Part shown: positions 9,886-19,215 of the stretch, piece after piece | How positions within the stretch are numbered: position 1 is the stretch's first letter | Layout: each line of letters opens with the position of its first letter | IMG/VR virus record: IMGVR_UViG_3300032024_000088 | Span: 1-45,397 of that record | From: a virus | Taxonomy: Duplodnaviria; Caudoviricetes | Reading direction: 5' to 3' (one strand) | DNA: 45,397 bases | Notes under the pieces: model-generated | Databases searched by the model: none | What the model was told of the DNA's origin: nothing | The model's input: the letters and a program-made list of their open reading frames with translations, nothing else | Program-made: the position numbers and the translations under genes

Positions 9886-10036
9886 AGAACAATGGGCACT
9901 GGGGAACTTCTCTGCTGCCTTTAGTATGGAAATGGCAGTTAAGAACGCGGGCGCAACTGGGTATTGTAGTTGTTTGTCGGCATTGTTAGAAATGGATGCA
10001 CAGACATTAGAGGGGTATCTTCATGATTCAGAATAA
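9749..10036 (+). CDS. Hypothetical head-module protein overlapping the portal 3' end
   Basis: AAGGAG upstream; FQEWKRHPVT helical protein in the usual post-portal position. Confidence 0.6.
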   Translation: MNAQQMSNHSQPESLTPQEELFQEWKRHPVTQMVLEWAHQERESLKEQWALGNFSAAFSMEMAVKNAGATGYCSCLSALLEMDAQTLEGYLHDSE

Positions 10037-10340
10037 TAGCGGACTTCTTCCATTGGGCAGGGCAGTGTTGGTTCGCCCGTACACTCCGGAACGAGTTGGT
10101 TCTATAATTGAACTCCCGGCAGACATTGCTGTACGAGATCAAATGGTGGAGCAGCGAGCAGTGGTAGTTGCAATCGGCCCTACCGCATGGCATGATGAGC
10201 CAATGGCTCGTGCAGCAGTGGGAGATAAAGTGTTGTTGAGTCGATACTCGGGGTATATGGCAGAAGGTACTGCGGATAAGCAACAGTATCGGTTTGTCAA
10301 CGATCGAGATATCTTTGCAAAAATAGAAATGGAGAACTGA
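10023..10340 (+). CDS. GroES-like co-chaperonin
   Basis: PLGRAVLVRP, GSIIELP, VVAIGP, VGDKVL..YSG and DRDIFAKI match the Cpn10 pattern. Confidence 0.85.
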   Translation: MIQNNSGLLPLGRAVLVRPYTPERVGSIIELPADIAVRDQMVEQRAVVVAIGPTAWHDEPMARAAVGDKVLLSRYSGYMAEGTADKQQYRFVNDRDIFAKIEMEN

Positions 10341-10341
10341 T

Positions 10342-11214
10342 ATGACTATCGAAGGTGTACAGCAAGAGTTGGAACTTGGTGATGGCGGTGATGGGGAGGA
10401 CACAGAGCAAGAGGCTCGTAATCTTGGCTGGCAGCCAAAGGAAGATTTCAAAGGTAACCCGAATCAATGGGTAGATCATGCGGAGTTTGTGGAAAGGGGC
10501 CGGCATATTGTTCCAATTCTCAAGGACAACAATAAGCGATTGCAGAAGGAACTGCAAGCCCGTGATGCAAAGATTAATCAACTCGGTGCCAGCCTTGCCA
10601 ACAATGAAGCTGCGGTTGCGAGGATGGAAGCGCACTGGCTGGCAGCAAATAAGCGAGCGGTGAAGCAGGCTAAGCAGGAATTGAAGGAGGAATTGAAGCG
10701 CGCTCGGGAGGCAGAAGATACCGATGCCGAGCTGGATGTGCTGGAACGCCTTAACGATAACAGTGCCCAGGAGAAGGCACTAAATGAACCCGCACCTGCG
10801 AAGGTGGCCCCTGTCAATTCTACTGATCCAAGTCCCGAGTATGTGGAGTTCATCCGGGAGAATCCTTGGTTTGATGTGGATAAGAAACGTACCAAGGCAG
10901 TTGTTCGTATTGCTGAGGACCTTCGGGAAGATGGTAACACATTGGAAGGGAAAGCATTCTTTGATGAGTGTGTTCGTATCTTGGGGGAACAAGAAAGTGG
11001 GAGTGGTTCTGGTCGGGCTGCGTCTAAGGTAGAAAGTGGCAACGCTGGGGCAGGGCGGGCTAATGGTGCCAGGAAGGGATGGGCTGATTTGCCCAAGGAT
11101 GCCCAAACAGCTTGCTTGAGTGATGCAGATGTACTGGTGGGGGCAGATAAACGCTACAAGACCCTTGATGCGTGGAAGAAGAAGTACGCTGAAATCTATT
11201 TTTCTGGAGAATGA
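10342..11214 (+). CDS. Capsid scaffolding protein
   Basis: Acidic coiled-coil protein (ARNLGWQPKEDF, ENPWF) between portal and capsid genes. Confidence 0.7.
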   Translation: MTIEGVQQELELGDGGDGEDTEQEARNLGWQPKEDFKGNPNQWVDHAEFVERGRHIVPILKDNNKRLQKELQARDAKINQLGASLANNEAAVARMEAHWLAANKRAVKQAKQELKEELKRAREAEDTDAELDVLERLNDNSAQEKALNEPAPAKVAPVNSTDPSPEYVEFIRENPWFDVDKKRTKAVVRIAEDLREDGNTLEGKAFFDECVRILGEQESGSGSGRAASKVESGNAGAGRANGARKGWADLPKDAQTACLSDADVLVGADKRYKTLDAWKKKYAEIYFSGE

Positions 11215-11215
11215 C

Positions 11216-11746
11216 ATGAGTAAGAATCCCCTTGTAACTGAGACCAACCCTTCCGTTGCCCCAGGTGACTTTGAGATACCCAAAGATTACCTCCCTATGT
11301 CGTCAGCTACATTACGGCTTGACACGCCGAACATTCCGGGTTACCATTTACACTGGTTCCGTGGAGAGCCAGCCCGAGTTGCTCGCGCTCAACGTGCAGG
11401 GTATCGGTTTGTAGATCAAGACGAAGTAGATGTGAATAACTTCGATCTTGGTGGTGATGCCAAGTCCTCAGGTAACACTGACCTCGGTAGTCGAGTCAGT
11501 CTAATTTCAGGTGATGAAGTAGATCGAAGTGGCCAGCCCACGAGAATGTATCTCATGAAGTGCCCCAATCATCTTTACGAGTTGGGCCAGAAAGATCTAA
11601 ATGAACAAAACGCATCCCTCGCGGATGTGCTCAAGAAGGGAAAAGTAGGTACGAATGCCAATGGAGAGTCGCCGCAAGATGCTAGTGCGCGTTACACCAA
11701 GGGCAATCCATCTGATCTCTTCACCCAAAAACCTCGGAGAACTTAA
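11216..11746 (+). CDS. Hypothetical head-module protein
   Basis: GGAG RBS; PGYHLHWF..AGYRFV motif; conserved pre-capsid position. Confidence 0.6.
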   Translation: MSKNPLVTETNPSVAPGDFEIPKDYLPMSSATLRLDTPNIPGYHLHWFRGEPARVARAQRAGYRFVDQDEVDVNNFDLGGDAKSSGNTDLGSRVSLISGDEVDRSGQPTRMYLMKCPNHLYELGQKDLNEQNASLADVLKKGKVGTNANGESPQDASARYTKGNPSDLFTQKPRRT

Positions 11747-12334
11747 ATGGCAAATGAAAATCGCCCCTGGGGATTGAAGCCCGTAAGTTACATCAGCGGT
11801 GTTTGCTGGACTGGTGGTGCTAACGTGTACATGATCCCGGCTGCAGATACAAATGGCTACGCAATTGGTGACCCTGTGAAGTCTGGCGGTAGTGCAGATG
11901 GTAATGGTGTTCCCACTATTACGTTGGCTGCGGCAACTGGTGCCATCCGTGGTGTGGTAGTTGGTTTGGGTACTCGGGAGTCGTTGATTGCGAACCCCAG
12001 TAATCTTGATTCAACCACTCGCCCAGCGGCTGCACAAACAAAGGACTGGTATGCAATGGTAGTGGACGATCCAAACACTATCTTTGAAATCCAGGAGTCT
12101 GGCACTCCTATGGCTGCTGTTGATACAGGTCTTAATATCAACTTGGCAGTTGCGGCAAACAATGGCTTCACGTCGCAATGGACGGCAGCTGCTGCCACGA
12201 AGGCAACTACTGCCACCCTTCAGTTGCGGTTACTCGGACTTGCCCGACGGCAGGATAACACCTTTGGTGCCTTTGCGAAGTGGTTGGTTAAGATCAACAA
12301 CCATGAACTCACTGCCGGCACTGCTGGCCTTTAA
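11747..12334 (+). CDS. Capsid decoration/cement protein
   Basis: Ala/Gly/Thr-rich, VVDDPNTIFEIQ motif, immediately upstream of the major capsid gene. Confidence 0.65.
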   Translation: MANENRPWGLKPVSYISGVCWTGGANVYMIPAADTNGYAIGDPVKSGGSADGNGVPTITLAAATGAIRGVVVGLGTRESLIANPSNLDSTTRPAAAQTKDWYAMVVDDPNTIFEIQESGTPMAAVDTGLNINLAVAANNGFTSQWTAAAATKATTATLQLRLLGLARRQDNTFGAFAKWLVKINNHELTAGTAGL

Positions 12335-12345
12335 GGAGAAATACT

Positions 12346-13266
12346 ATGGCAGGCGGCGTAATCAATACTGGTTCACATCCCAAACTTCTCTGGCCTGGTG
12401 TGCAGGAAATTTGGGGCCAAGTGTACGATGCTCACCCGGTCGAGTACACTGATCTGTTTGAGGTCAGTTCGTCTCGGAAGGCCTATGAACAAGATGTGCA
12501 GGTAACTGGCTTCGGGCTTGCCCCGGTCAAGGGTCAGGGTGCCCCCATTGAGTTTGATTCCGAAGTGCAGGGTTGGGTCACCACTTACGCGCACATTGCA
12601 TATGCTCTCGGGTATATCGTGACGCATGAGGAGCTGGAGGACAACCTGTATGCGGAAGTGTCTCACCGTCGGGCAAAGGCGAATGCTTTCTCTATCGCCC
12701 AAACCACGGAGAATGTCGGTGCCTTCTTGTACAACAATGCCTTTGTGGGGACGTTCTATACCACTCCAGATGGGCAACCGATTATCTCCGATGCACACGT
12801 CAACGCTACTGGTGGCACCTTCAGTAACAAGCTCACCCCAGGCGCTGATCTGAGTGAGATTGCACTTGAGGATATGTCCATTAAGATCATGAAAACCGTG
12901 ATGGATCGTGGTTTGAAGATCAGCGTCATGCCTGAGTCCCTGCACATCAGCCCGGATGAGTGGTATAACGCGAATCGTATCTTGAAGTCAGTCCTTCAGA
13001 ACGATACTGCCAACAACGCTATCAACGTGTTGAAGGCAACGAACGCCCTTCCCAAGGGTATCAAGATGAATCACTATTTCAATAGTCCGAATGCGTGGTT
13101 TGTCAGGACAAACATCCCGGCAGGTATGAAGTTCTTCTGGCGTGAGAAGCCGAAGTTTCAGCAAGACAATGACTTCGATACCAAGAATGCCAAGGCTGCT
13201 ACCTACATGCGGTTCTCTGTTGGCATTACTGATCCGCGTGGGTTGTTTGCATCGAACGGGCCGTAA
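12346..13266 (+). CDS. Major capsid protein (HK97 fold)
   Basis: 306 aa, strong AAGGAG RBS, TGSHPKLLWPGV N-terminus, DFDTKN..RFSVG..DPRG C-terminus. Confidence 0.88.
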   Translation: MAGGVINTGSHPKLLWPGVQEIWGQVYDAHPVEYTDLFEVSSSRKAYEQDVQVTGFGLAPVKGQGAPIEFDSEVQGWVTTYAHIAYALGYIVTHEELEDNLYAEVSHRRAKANAFSIAQTTENVGAFLYNNAFVGTFYTTPDGQPIISDAHVNATGGTFSNKLTPGADLSEIALEDMSIKIMKTVMDRGLKISVMPESLHISPDEWYNANRILKSVLQNDTANNAINVLKATNALPKGIKMNHYFNSPNAWFVRTNIPAGMKFFWREKPKFQQDNDFDTKNAKAATYMRFSVGITDPRGLFASNGP

Positions 13267-13276
13267 GGAGAATGGT

Positions 13277-13636
13277 ATGGGCTTCCTGAAGAAGATTGGT
13301 AAAGGCCTTGGTAAAGTTGCCAAGGCCGGCCTCAAGGTTGGTTTGAAAGGTGCCACTGGTGGAGGTATTGCCGGTGGAGTTGGTGGTCTTGTCGCAGGTG
13401 CTGCGGCGAAGAAGATCCTTGGTGGGAAGAAGAAAAAAACCCAGCCTGTTCGTTCAGGTGGCACTCGTAGTGATGGTGCGTCTAACATGGAACGTCAGCC
13501 TCGTCGAGTGAATACTTCTCCTGGTAAGGGTGGAATGAGTGAGCGAATGAAGCGAGCGGATAAGTACACAACTCCGCCCAGAAAAGGTAAGAGATTAGAT
13601 AGTGGAATCCGAAAGGCTCAACATTATCCGAAGTAA
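13277..13636 (+). CDS. Basic Gly/Lys-rich protein with N-terminal amphipathic helix
   Basis: AAGGAG then ATG 13277; MGFLKKIGKGLGKVAKAGLKVGLKG. Confidence 0.6.
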   Translation: MGFLKKIGKGLGKVAKAGLKVGLKGATGGGIAGGVGGLVAGAAAKKILGGKKKKTQPVRSGGTRSDGASNMERQPRRVNTSPGKGGMSERMKRADKYTTPPRKGKRLDSGIRKAQHYPK

Positions 13637-13637
13637 T

Positions 13638-13654
13638 TGTTTCACGTTGTAACA
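13638..13654. promoter_or_regulatory. parS-like palindrome TGTTTCA-CGT-TGTAACA
   Basis: Flanked by AAT/ATT; lies directly after a stop codon. Confidence 0.7.
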
Positions 13655-13737
13655 ATTAGGAAACAGGCGGGTAGGCCGCCTCCTTGCATGGTAAAGTGTT
13701 CCCTCACGTCGAAAGACGTTACCTCTTGGAGAATCGA

Positions 13738-14424
13738 ATGAGCACTACCCGTTTTAGTCATGGTGTTACTAACGCCCCGAAAGTATCCACTCTTGGTGAC
13801 ATGGGGCAGTTAGACCCAACAAAGTTTATCACCCGATTTGACGACTTCAATACATTCCTTGCTAGTGAATGGACAAGCACCTTGGTTGGCACTGGTACGA
13901 ATGTGCTGACTGCTGGCGCAGGTGGCTTGTTGCTTGTTACCACTGGGGCCATCTCAGGTAATAGTAACTTCCTGCAAGGTACTCCCGCTGACTTTGCCAT
14001 TACCATTGGTAAGGCGGCTTTCTTCAAGACGAAGTTTACTCTTGAGGATGCTAACCTTGCTACCATTCAAGCCGGCTTGGTTATCACTGACACCACTCCA
14101 CTGGATGCAACGGAAGGTATTTTCTTCCAGAAGGATAGTGGTTCCCTTGACGTGGTGCTCACGTCTGCGCAAGGTGCAGGTGGCAGTGCTCGAACCAGCG
14201 TTACCCTTGCTGGTATTGCGGCTACCAGTATGACCCTTGGATTTGCATACAACGGACGAGACCTCATTCGAGTGTATGTGAATGATCGCTATGCAGCCTC
14301 ACTGAGTGTTGTAGCAGCGACCCTTCCGGTGAGTCTGTTGAACCTGAGTTTTGGCATTCAAACAGGTGCGGCCGCTGCAAAGACAATGACCGTAGACTAC
14401 GTGCTCGCCGCCGTAGAACGGTAA
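13738..14424 (+). CDS. Virion structural protein (beta-sandwich)
   Basis: GGAG RBS before MSTTRFSHGVTN; DDF...VDYV pattern; head-tail region. Confidence 0.65.
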   Translation: MSTTRFSHGVTNAPKVSTLGDMGQLDPTKFITRFDDFNTFLASEWTSTLVGTGTNVLTAGAGGLLLVTTGAISGNSNFLQGTPADFAITIGKAAFFKTKFTLEDANLATIQAGLVITDTTPLDATEGIFFQKDSGSLDVVLTSAQGAGGSARTSVTLAGIAATSMTLGFAYNGRDLIRVYVNDRYAASLSVVAATLPVSLLNLSFGIQTGAAAAKTMTVDYVLAAVER

Positions 14425-14433
14425 GGAGGGGTC

Positions 14434-14769
14434 ATGGCTATTCAAGTATTGAGCGACGGCCCTCGTAATGCCGTGGTGAAGTTCACTAGTGTTGGTGTGT
14501 TGGACATTAGTACACTTGCGGGTGCTCCTGAGTGGGTACGTATCGACTATGTTCACTACAGCGTTGGTGATGCTACCACGGTTCAAGTTGCTTGGGATGC
14601 CACTGCTCCAGAGCCTGTTCTTAATTTGTCCCAATCAGAAGTCGACTGCTTCCAGGCCTTTGGTGGCCTGTGGAACAATGCAGGGGCTGGCGTGACAGGT
14701 GACATTAACGTAACTGCCACAGGCACTGGTACATTCTTCGTGATCCTCGAACTCAAGAAGGTGCGCTAA
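14434..14769 (+). CDS. Small virion structural protein
   Basis: AAGGAGG RBS; DGPRNAVVK...TGDI..ELKK. Confidence 0.65.
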   Translation: MAIQVLSDGPRNAVVKFTSVGVLDISTLAGAPEWVRIDYVHYSVGDATTVQVAWDATAPEPVLNLSQSEVDCFQAFGGLWNNAGAGVTGDINVTATGTGTFFVILELKKVR

Positions 14770-15491
14770 TGCCTAATGCAAGCTCCAATACAGTGTACGG
14801 CATCATCAATGATGCTATGCACGATAGTGGACTGCTGCAGGAAGGTGATGAAGCTAACAGTGAGCAACTAGCCACAAACCATCGTAGGCTAGTTGACATT
14901 GTAAACCTTTGGCAGACACAAGGACTTAAGTTGTTTCTCCACCAGGACATTCCTATCCCTTTGGTGGCAAGCAAGGGTGCGTACACCATTCACTTGGGGG
15001 GTGACATAGACATTACACGTCCTATCCAAGTCATGCAGGCATACATGTTGGAGACGGTTAGTAACTCTCGCCGTCCCCTCATTGTGTTAGGCTGGGAAGA
15101 ATGGTTGCGGTTGTCTCAGGTAGTGGGTAACGATGGAACGGTTAGTTCTTACTTCGTGGATAAGCAAGCCACGTCTACCATTGTTCACTTCTGGAATACT
15201 CCTGACGTGACGGAGGCAGGGAATGTTGCGCATATCTTGATCCGTGCACAGGCTCTCACCACGGCTAACCTGCAAGAGAATGTAGCCTTCCCTCAGGAAT
15301 GGAGAATTGCCCTTCGCTGGGGGCTTGCAGATGACATCTCAACTGGACAGCCACAGGCTATCATGGATAGGTGTGCGCAGAGGGCTGTGTATTATCGGGA
15401 GTTGCTGGAAAACTTTGACATTGAAGATGCAGAGACCCGGTTCGCCCCCGATGAACGATCCACCACTTACTTAGCCGGGAGCTTTAGGTAA
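14769..15491 (+). CDS. Head-tail adaptor (P22 gp4 / tail tubular A-like)
   Basis: IINDAM..G...WQTQGL and FPQEW..ALRWGLA pattern; position before the gp10-like gene. Confidence 0.75.
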   Translation: MPNASSNTVYGIINDAMHDSGLLQEGDEANSEQLATNHRRLVDIVNLWQTQGLKLFLHQDIPIPLVASKGAYTIHLGGDIDITRPIQVMQAYMLETVSNSRRPLIVLGWEEWLRLSQVVGNDGTVSSYFVDKQATSTIVHFWNTPDVTEAGNVAHILIRAQALTTANLQENVAFPQEWRIALRWGLADDISTGQPQAIMDRCAQRAVYYRELLENFDIEDAETRFAPDERSTTYLAGSFR

Positions 15492-16930
15492 TGCCCCAGT
15501 ATCAGTCTGTTCAACTTCCCCCTCGTATTCCTCTTGCGGTTACCACTTCTAACCGTAATACGTCTGTGGATAAAGATGCACGGCTGGTGAATTGCTATGC
15601 AGAAATTGATAAGACAGAAATGCTCAGTGTGTTTAAACGTCCCGGCATGGAGTTGGCGCTATCTCCCCCTGGTGCTGCCTCTCCAGGTCGGGGCGTTTTC
15701 TTTTGGCAAGGCAATGTAATCTCCATCTTTGGCGACAAGATGTATGCGGATGGACTGGAAGTGGCGACAGGATTAGATACCACGGTTGGAGGAACGAATA
15801 CTCCTGTCGGGGGAGTGTATGCGTTCTCTGCTATCCTTGGTGCTACTCCAAAGATTGTGCTTCACAATGGGGCAAAGGCTTACGCATGGGATGGTGTTAC
15901 TCCAATTAGTGCTCCCCTTAATTCACTTGACCCAGACTACCCTGCTGCAACCGTGAAGGGATGGGCATACTTAAATGGTGCGCAGTATGTGATGGAGGCA
16001 GGGTCTTCCATCTGGGGGAGTCGACCAAACTCAGTTACTGCCGCCGATAGCTGGGATCCCATTAACTTCATCAACGCCAACGATGAGCCGGATGAGGGAG
16101 TGGCTATTGTTAAACAACTGGTGTATGTGGTAGCACTGAACCAGTGGTCAACGGAGATACTCTTCGACGCAGGTAATCCAGTTGGATCACCTCTTCAAAA
16201 GGTGCAGGGTTCCAAACTCGACTACGGCTGTGTCCATGCGGATAGTGTACAGAAGATTGATGATAAGACTCTTTGGTTGGCTATCAGCCGGGGTGCGTCC
16301 CCTCAGATTGGCATATTGCAGGGGCTTACGTTTAGTATTGTTTCTACTCCTGCTATTGATCGTTTGCTTCGAGGCGCTGATCTGGCTAGGATTATGTCTT
16401 GGCAGGCGAAGATAGTTGGGCATACCTTCTACGTCATTACCCTACCGTTGAGTAACTTAACGCTGGTGTATGACATTGAGTTAGAACATTGGTATCAGTG
16501 GACGGATGATGAAGGGAATTACATTCCGATTATCGCATCTACCTTTGATAACGCTCGGAATGTTATTTTGCAGCATGAGAGTAATGGGACATTGCTTAAG
16601 TGGTCAGTGGATGCTTTCACTGACGCAGGCAAAGCCATCCAAGTGGATATTATCACACCTAACTTTGATGCACAAACTCGCCGGCGGAAACATTTGAATA
16701 GGATGGAGTTTGTAGCAGATCAGGAAGTTGGTAGTGTTCTGATGGTTCGGAATAGTGATGATGACTACCAGACTTGGAGTAGCTGGCGGAGGGTGGACTT
16801 GGCATCTAATAGGCCTCACTTAATTAACTGTGGCACATTTAATAAGAGAGCCTACCACTTCCGACACCGGCAGAATCTCCCCTTCCGAATACATGCAATC
16901 GAAGTGCAATATGACATTGGAGTACTGTGA
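15491..16930 (+). CDS. Tail hub/nozzle (P22 gp10-like packaged-DNA stabilisation protein)
   Basis: 479 aa; LVNCYAE, KRPG, DYGC, VSTPAID and SDDDYQTWS motifs. Confidence 0.8.
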   Translation: MPQYQSVQLPPRIPLAVTTSNRNTSVDKDARLVNCYAEIDKTEMLSVFKRPGMELALSPPGAASPGRGVFFWQGNVISIFGDKMYADGLEVATGLDTTVGGTNTPVGGVYAFSAILGATPKIVLHNGAKAYAWDGVTPISAPLNSLDPDYPAATVKGWAYLNGAQYVMEAGSSIWGSRPNSVTAADSWDPINFINANDEPDEGVAIVKQLVYVVALNQWSTEILFDAGNPVGSPLQKVQGSKLDYGCVHADSVQKIDDKTLWLAISRGASPQIGILQGLTFSIVSTPAIDRLLRGADLARIMSWQAKIVGHTFYVITLPLSNLTLVYDIELEHWYQWTDDEGNYIPIIASTFDNARNVILQHESNGTLLKWSVDAFTDAGKAIQVDIITPNFDAQTRRRKHLNRMEFVADQEVGSVLMVRNSDDDYQTWSSWRRVDLASNRPHLINCGTFNKRAYHFRHRQNLPFRIHAIEVQYDIGVL

Positions 16931-17337
16931 TGGCTATTGAAGATGCACGAGTCCCTCCTGTTCCGTCGGCGGAGAAACTGGAAGGCCCTGTCGGGATAGG
17001 TGGAAGTAGACTTAGCCCAGCGTGGGTGAATTGGTTTGAGTTAATCAAGCGCAAGGTGGATACACTAACCGCTCTTGTTGTTGGCACTGGGCAGATCACG
17101 GGAGATGGATTTGCTGTCCTGGATGGGGCCAACTGGTCAACGAGAACATTGGTGGCAGGGACGAATATTTCCATTACTAACGCAGATGGTGTGGCAGGGA
17201 ATCCCACTATCAACGCCCATCTTGCAACAACCGGGGTTACTCCTGGCACGTATGGAGATGCCTCAAATATCCCAGTGATCACTGTAGATTCATTTGGAAG
17301 AATCACTGCCATTTCCACCGTACCAAAGGCGCCTTGA
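16927..17337 (+). CDS. Tail needle/short fibre-like protein
   Basis: PAWVNWF, NADGVAGNPT and GVTPGTYG..ITVDSFGRIT fibre repeat. Confidence 0.65.
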   Translation: MMAIEDARVPPVPSAEKLEGPVGIGGSRLSPAWVNWFELIKRKVDTLTALVVGTGQITGDGFAVLDGANWSTRTLVAGTNISITNADGVAGNPTINAHLATTGVTPGTYGDASNIPVITVDSFGRITAISTVPKAP

Positions 17338-17338
17338 T

Positions 17339-17599
17339 ATGAAACAGAATAGGATGAATCTATCAATTGTAATTCCTCTTGGTTTGCTGGCAGTTATTGC
17401 GCTGACTGCACCGCAGCAAGTAGGTGTCCTGTTGTATAAGGTTTCACTTGTCGGTATTGCCTTGTGGCTGGGCTACTGGGCAGATCGTTTAATCTTCCCT
17501 TATGCTCGTCCTGACAAATGTGGACACCCTCATCAAGCAGAGATTCGTCGGGCCATTCTTATTGCATCCATAATCCTCGCAGTGGCCACTGGTCTGTGA
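17339..17599 (+). CDS. Holin (2/3-TM family)
   Basis: LYKVSLV..LGYWADRLIFPYARP...RRAILI motif, hydrophobic segments, upstream of endolysin. Confidence 0.8.
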   Translation: MKQNRMNLSIVIPLGLLAVIALTAPQQVGVLLYKVSLVGIALWLGYWADRLIFPYARPDKCGHPHQAEIRRAILIASIILAVATGL

Positions 17600-18210
17600 A
17601 GATGTTTGCGCTCCTGTTAATGTGTGCCCCTGTACTGGCCCAAGTACCTCGTGAGTCATTGCAGTATAGGAATGACTTGATTAGGGAGGCTCGCTCTGTC
17701 TGGGGGATGGACGCGCCTGTTGCTACCTTTGCAGGGCAGATACACCAGGAGTCAATGTGGAAGGCTAATGCTCGTTCACATGTAGGGGCGTCAGGGATGG
17801 CCCAGTTTATGCCAGCAACTGCCAAGTGGATATGTGGGATGCGCCCTGACCTTCCGAATGGATGTAACACTTTGAATCCTGCATGGGCTATTAGGGCGCT
17901 GGTAGTGTATGACAAGTACCTGTATGACAGGACACCCAAGGAAGGGACTACCTGCGGCAGGACTTGGGCAGCCCTTCGAGGTTACAATGGGGGGCTTGGG
18001 CATTGGAGTAAAGAATGGGCTAACGCTGGACAGCCGAGTGACCTCAGAATTGCTGATAACTTCTGCGGAACTGCCCGACGTTCAGTTAAACATTGTCCGG
18101 AGAACTTGGGTTACCCTGTTAAGATCACAACTCGCTGGCAGCCGTTGTATGTAAGTGCCGGATGGGGGCCTGGGATTTGTACTTACCCTGATGTGGAATG
18201 TCTCCCGTAG
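17596..18210 (+). CDS. Endolysin, SLT-type lytic transglycosylase with N-terminal signal peptide
   Basis: QIHQES catalytic Glu, GASGMAQFMPATA, YNGGLG; N-terminus MKMFALLLMCAPVLA-Q. Confidence 0.88.
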   Translation: MKMFALLLMCAPVLAQVPRESLQYRNDLIREARSVWGMDAPVATFAGQIHQESMWKANARSHVGASGMAQFMPATAKWICGMRPDLPNGCNTLNPAWAIRALVVYDKYLYDRTPKEGTTCGRTWAALRGYNGGLGHWSKEWANAGQPSDLRIADNFCGTARRSVKHCPENLGYPVKITTRWQPLYVSAGWGPGICTYPDVECLP

Positions 18211-18218
18211 GAGGTTGT

Positions 18219-18326
18219 ATGAAAGTAACTTACCGTTACCGAAGTGCTATCACCGGTCGATTTGTTAGCAGGTTGTTTGCTATCAAGAACCCTGACACAA
18301 CTGTACAGGAAAGGGTGGTTAAATGA
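18219..18326 (+). CDS. 35-aa basic microprotein (not in ORF track)
   Basis: AGGAGG RBS; MKVTYRYRSAITGRFVSRLFAIKNPDTTVQERVVK; TGA overlaps the next ATG. Confidence 0.65.
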   Translation: MKVTYRYRSAITGRFVSRLFAIKNPDTTVQERVVK

Positions 18327-18829
18327 TTCCTTTCATTGGTTCCATAACAGGCGCTATGATAACTCGTGGCTTGATAGTGGCGTTGGTGCTTGCCGGAATC
18401 CTTCTGGGAGTGCAGACAAACCGGCTGACTAATGCTCAACGAGACTTGGCAAAGCTGCAAAAAGATTTTGTCACTGCTTCCCTTGAGGCTATGACGGATA
18501 AGATACAATTAGAAATAGATATGCGGACTGAGATTGAATTTGCTCGCACTACTTTTGCAGGAGACCTTTCCAATGCACTGGTTAATAAAGACAAGCTTAT
18601 TGCTGATTTGCGTAGTGGGAATCAGCGGGTGCGGCCTGAGTTCCAGTGTCCGCCCACCAGCAATCTGCCCCTCCCCTCAGTTAGTTCCGCCGGAGATAAT
18701 GCAACCACCAACCTTCGGATTCAAGATGCGGCAGCTATGGCTATCCAACTTGCCGATGCCTGTGACGCCAGCATCACTGCCGCCCAAAGAATAATTACAG
18801 CAGATCGGAGAATTCATGATGTGGAGTAA
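18323..18829 (+). CDS. Inner-membrane spanin (Rz-like)
   Basis: N-terminal TM helix, coiled coil, LRSGNQRVR..C motif; follows endolysin. Confidence 0.8.
   Translation: MIPFIGSITGAMITRGLIVALVLAGILLGVQTNRLTNAQRDLAKLQKDFVTASLEAMTDKIQLEIDMRTEIEFARTTFAGDLSNALVNKDKLIADLRSGNQRVRPEFQCPPTSNLPLPSVSSAGDNATTNLRIQDAAAMAIQLADACDASITAAQRIITADRRIHDVE
18573..18794 (+). CDS. Embedded outer-membrane spanin lipoprotein (Rz1-like)
   Basis: +1 frame inside the i-spanin; AGGAG upstream; MHWLIKTSLLLICVVGISG|C lipobox; Pro-rich mature part. Confidence 0.8.
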   Translation: MHWLIKTSLLLICVVGISGCGLSSSVRPPAICPSPQLVPPEIMQPPTFGFKMRQLWLSNLPMPVTPASLPPKE

Positions 18830-19181
18830 AATTTTATTCCTGCTTGGGCTGCTACTTATTGCAACCGCTGCCTGGGCGCAGGGATTAGGGGATGTAAAGG
18901 AAACTGTGTACTGGCGTGATGTTGCCCTCATGGCAGTTGGTATTGTGTCGGCGTTGATGGGAATAGTATTTCGGATGCACCTTAGTTTAGATAAGGAGAG
19001 ACGAGATACATTCAATAAACGGCTTACAGATACAGAAGCTGATTGTGCAAATATCTTGACTATGCAGGCAAATATAGCTAATACTTGCCAGCTTATGAAA
19101 ATAACAGAGCGGCGTATTAGTAGGATTGAGGGTGTCCTAATTCCATCAGGATGGTCTCCTAGAGAACATACGGGCGATTAG
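18816..19181 (+). CDS. Membrane protein with coiled coil
   Basis: Signal-like N-terminus (AWA-Q), a TM helix, then a coiled coil ending ISRIEG. Confidence 0.6.
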   Translation: MMWSKILFLLGLLLIATAAWAQGLGDVKETVYWRDVALMAVGIVSALMGIVFRMHLSLDKERRDTFNKRLTDTEADCANILTMQANIANTCQLMKITERRISRIEGVLIPSGWSPREHTGD

Positions 19182-19185
19182 GGAT

Positions 19186-19202
19186 TGTTACATGATGAAA
19201 CA
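19186..19202. promoter_or_regulatory. parS-like palindrome TGTTACA-TGA-TGAAACA
   Basis: Junction of lysis and ejection modules. Confidence 0.7.
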
Positions 19203-19215
19203 ATTAGGAGGTTAT

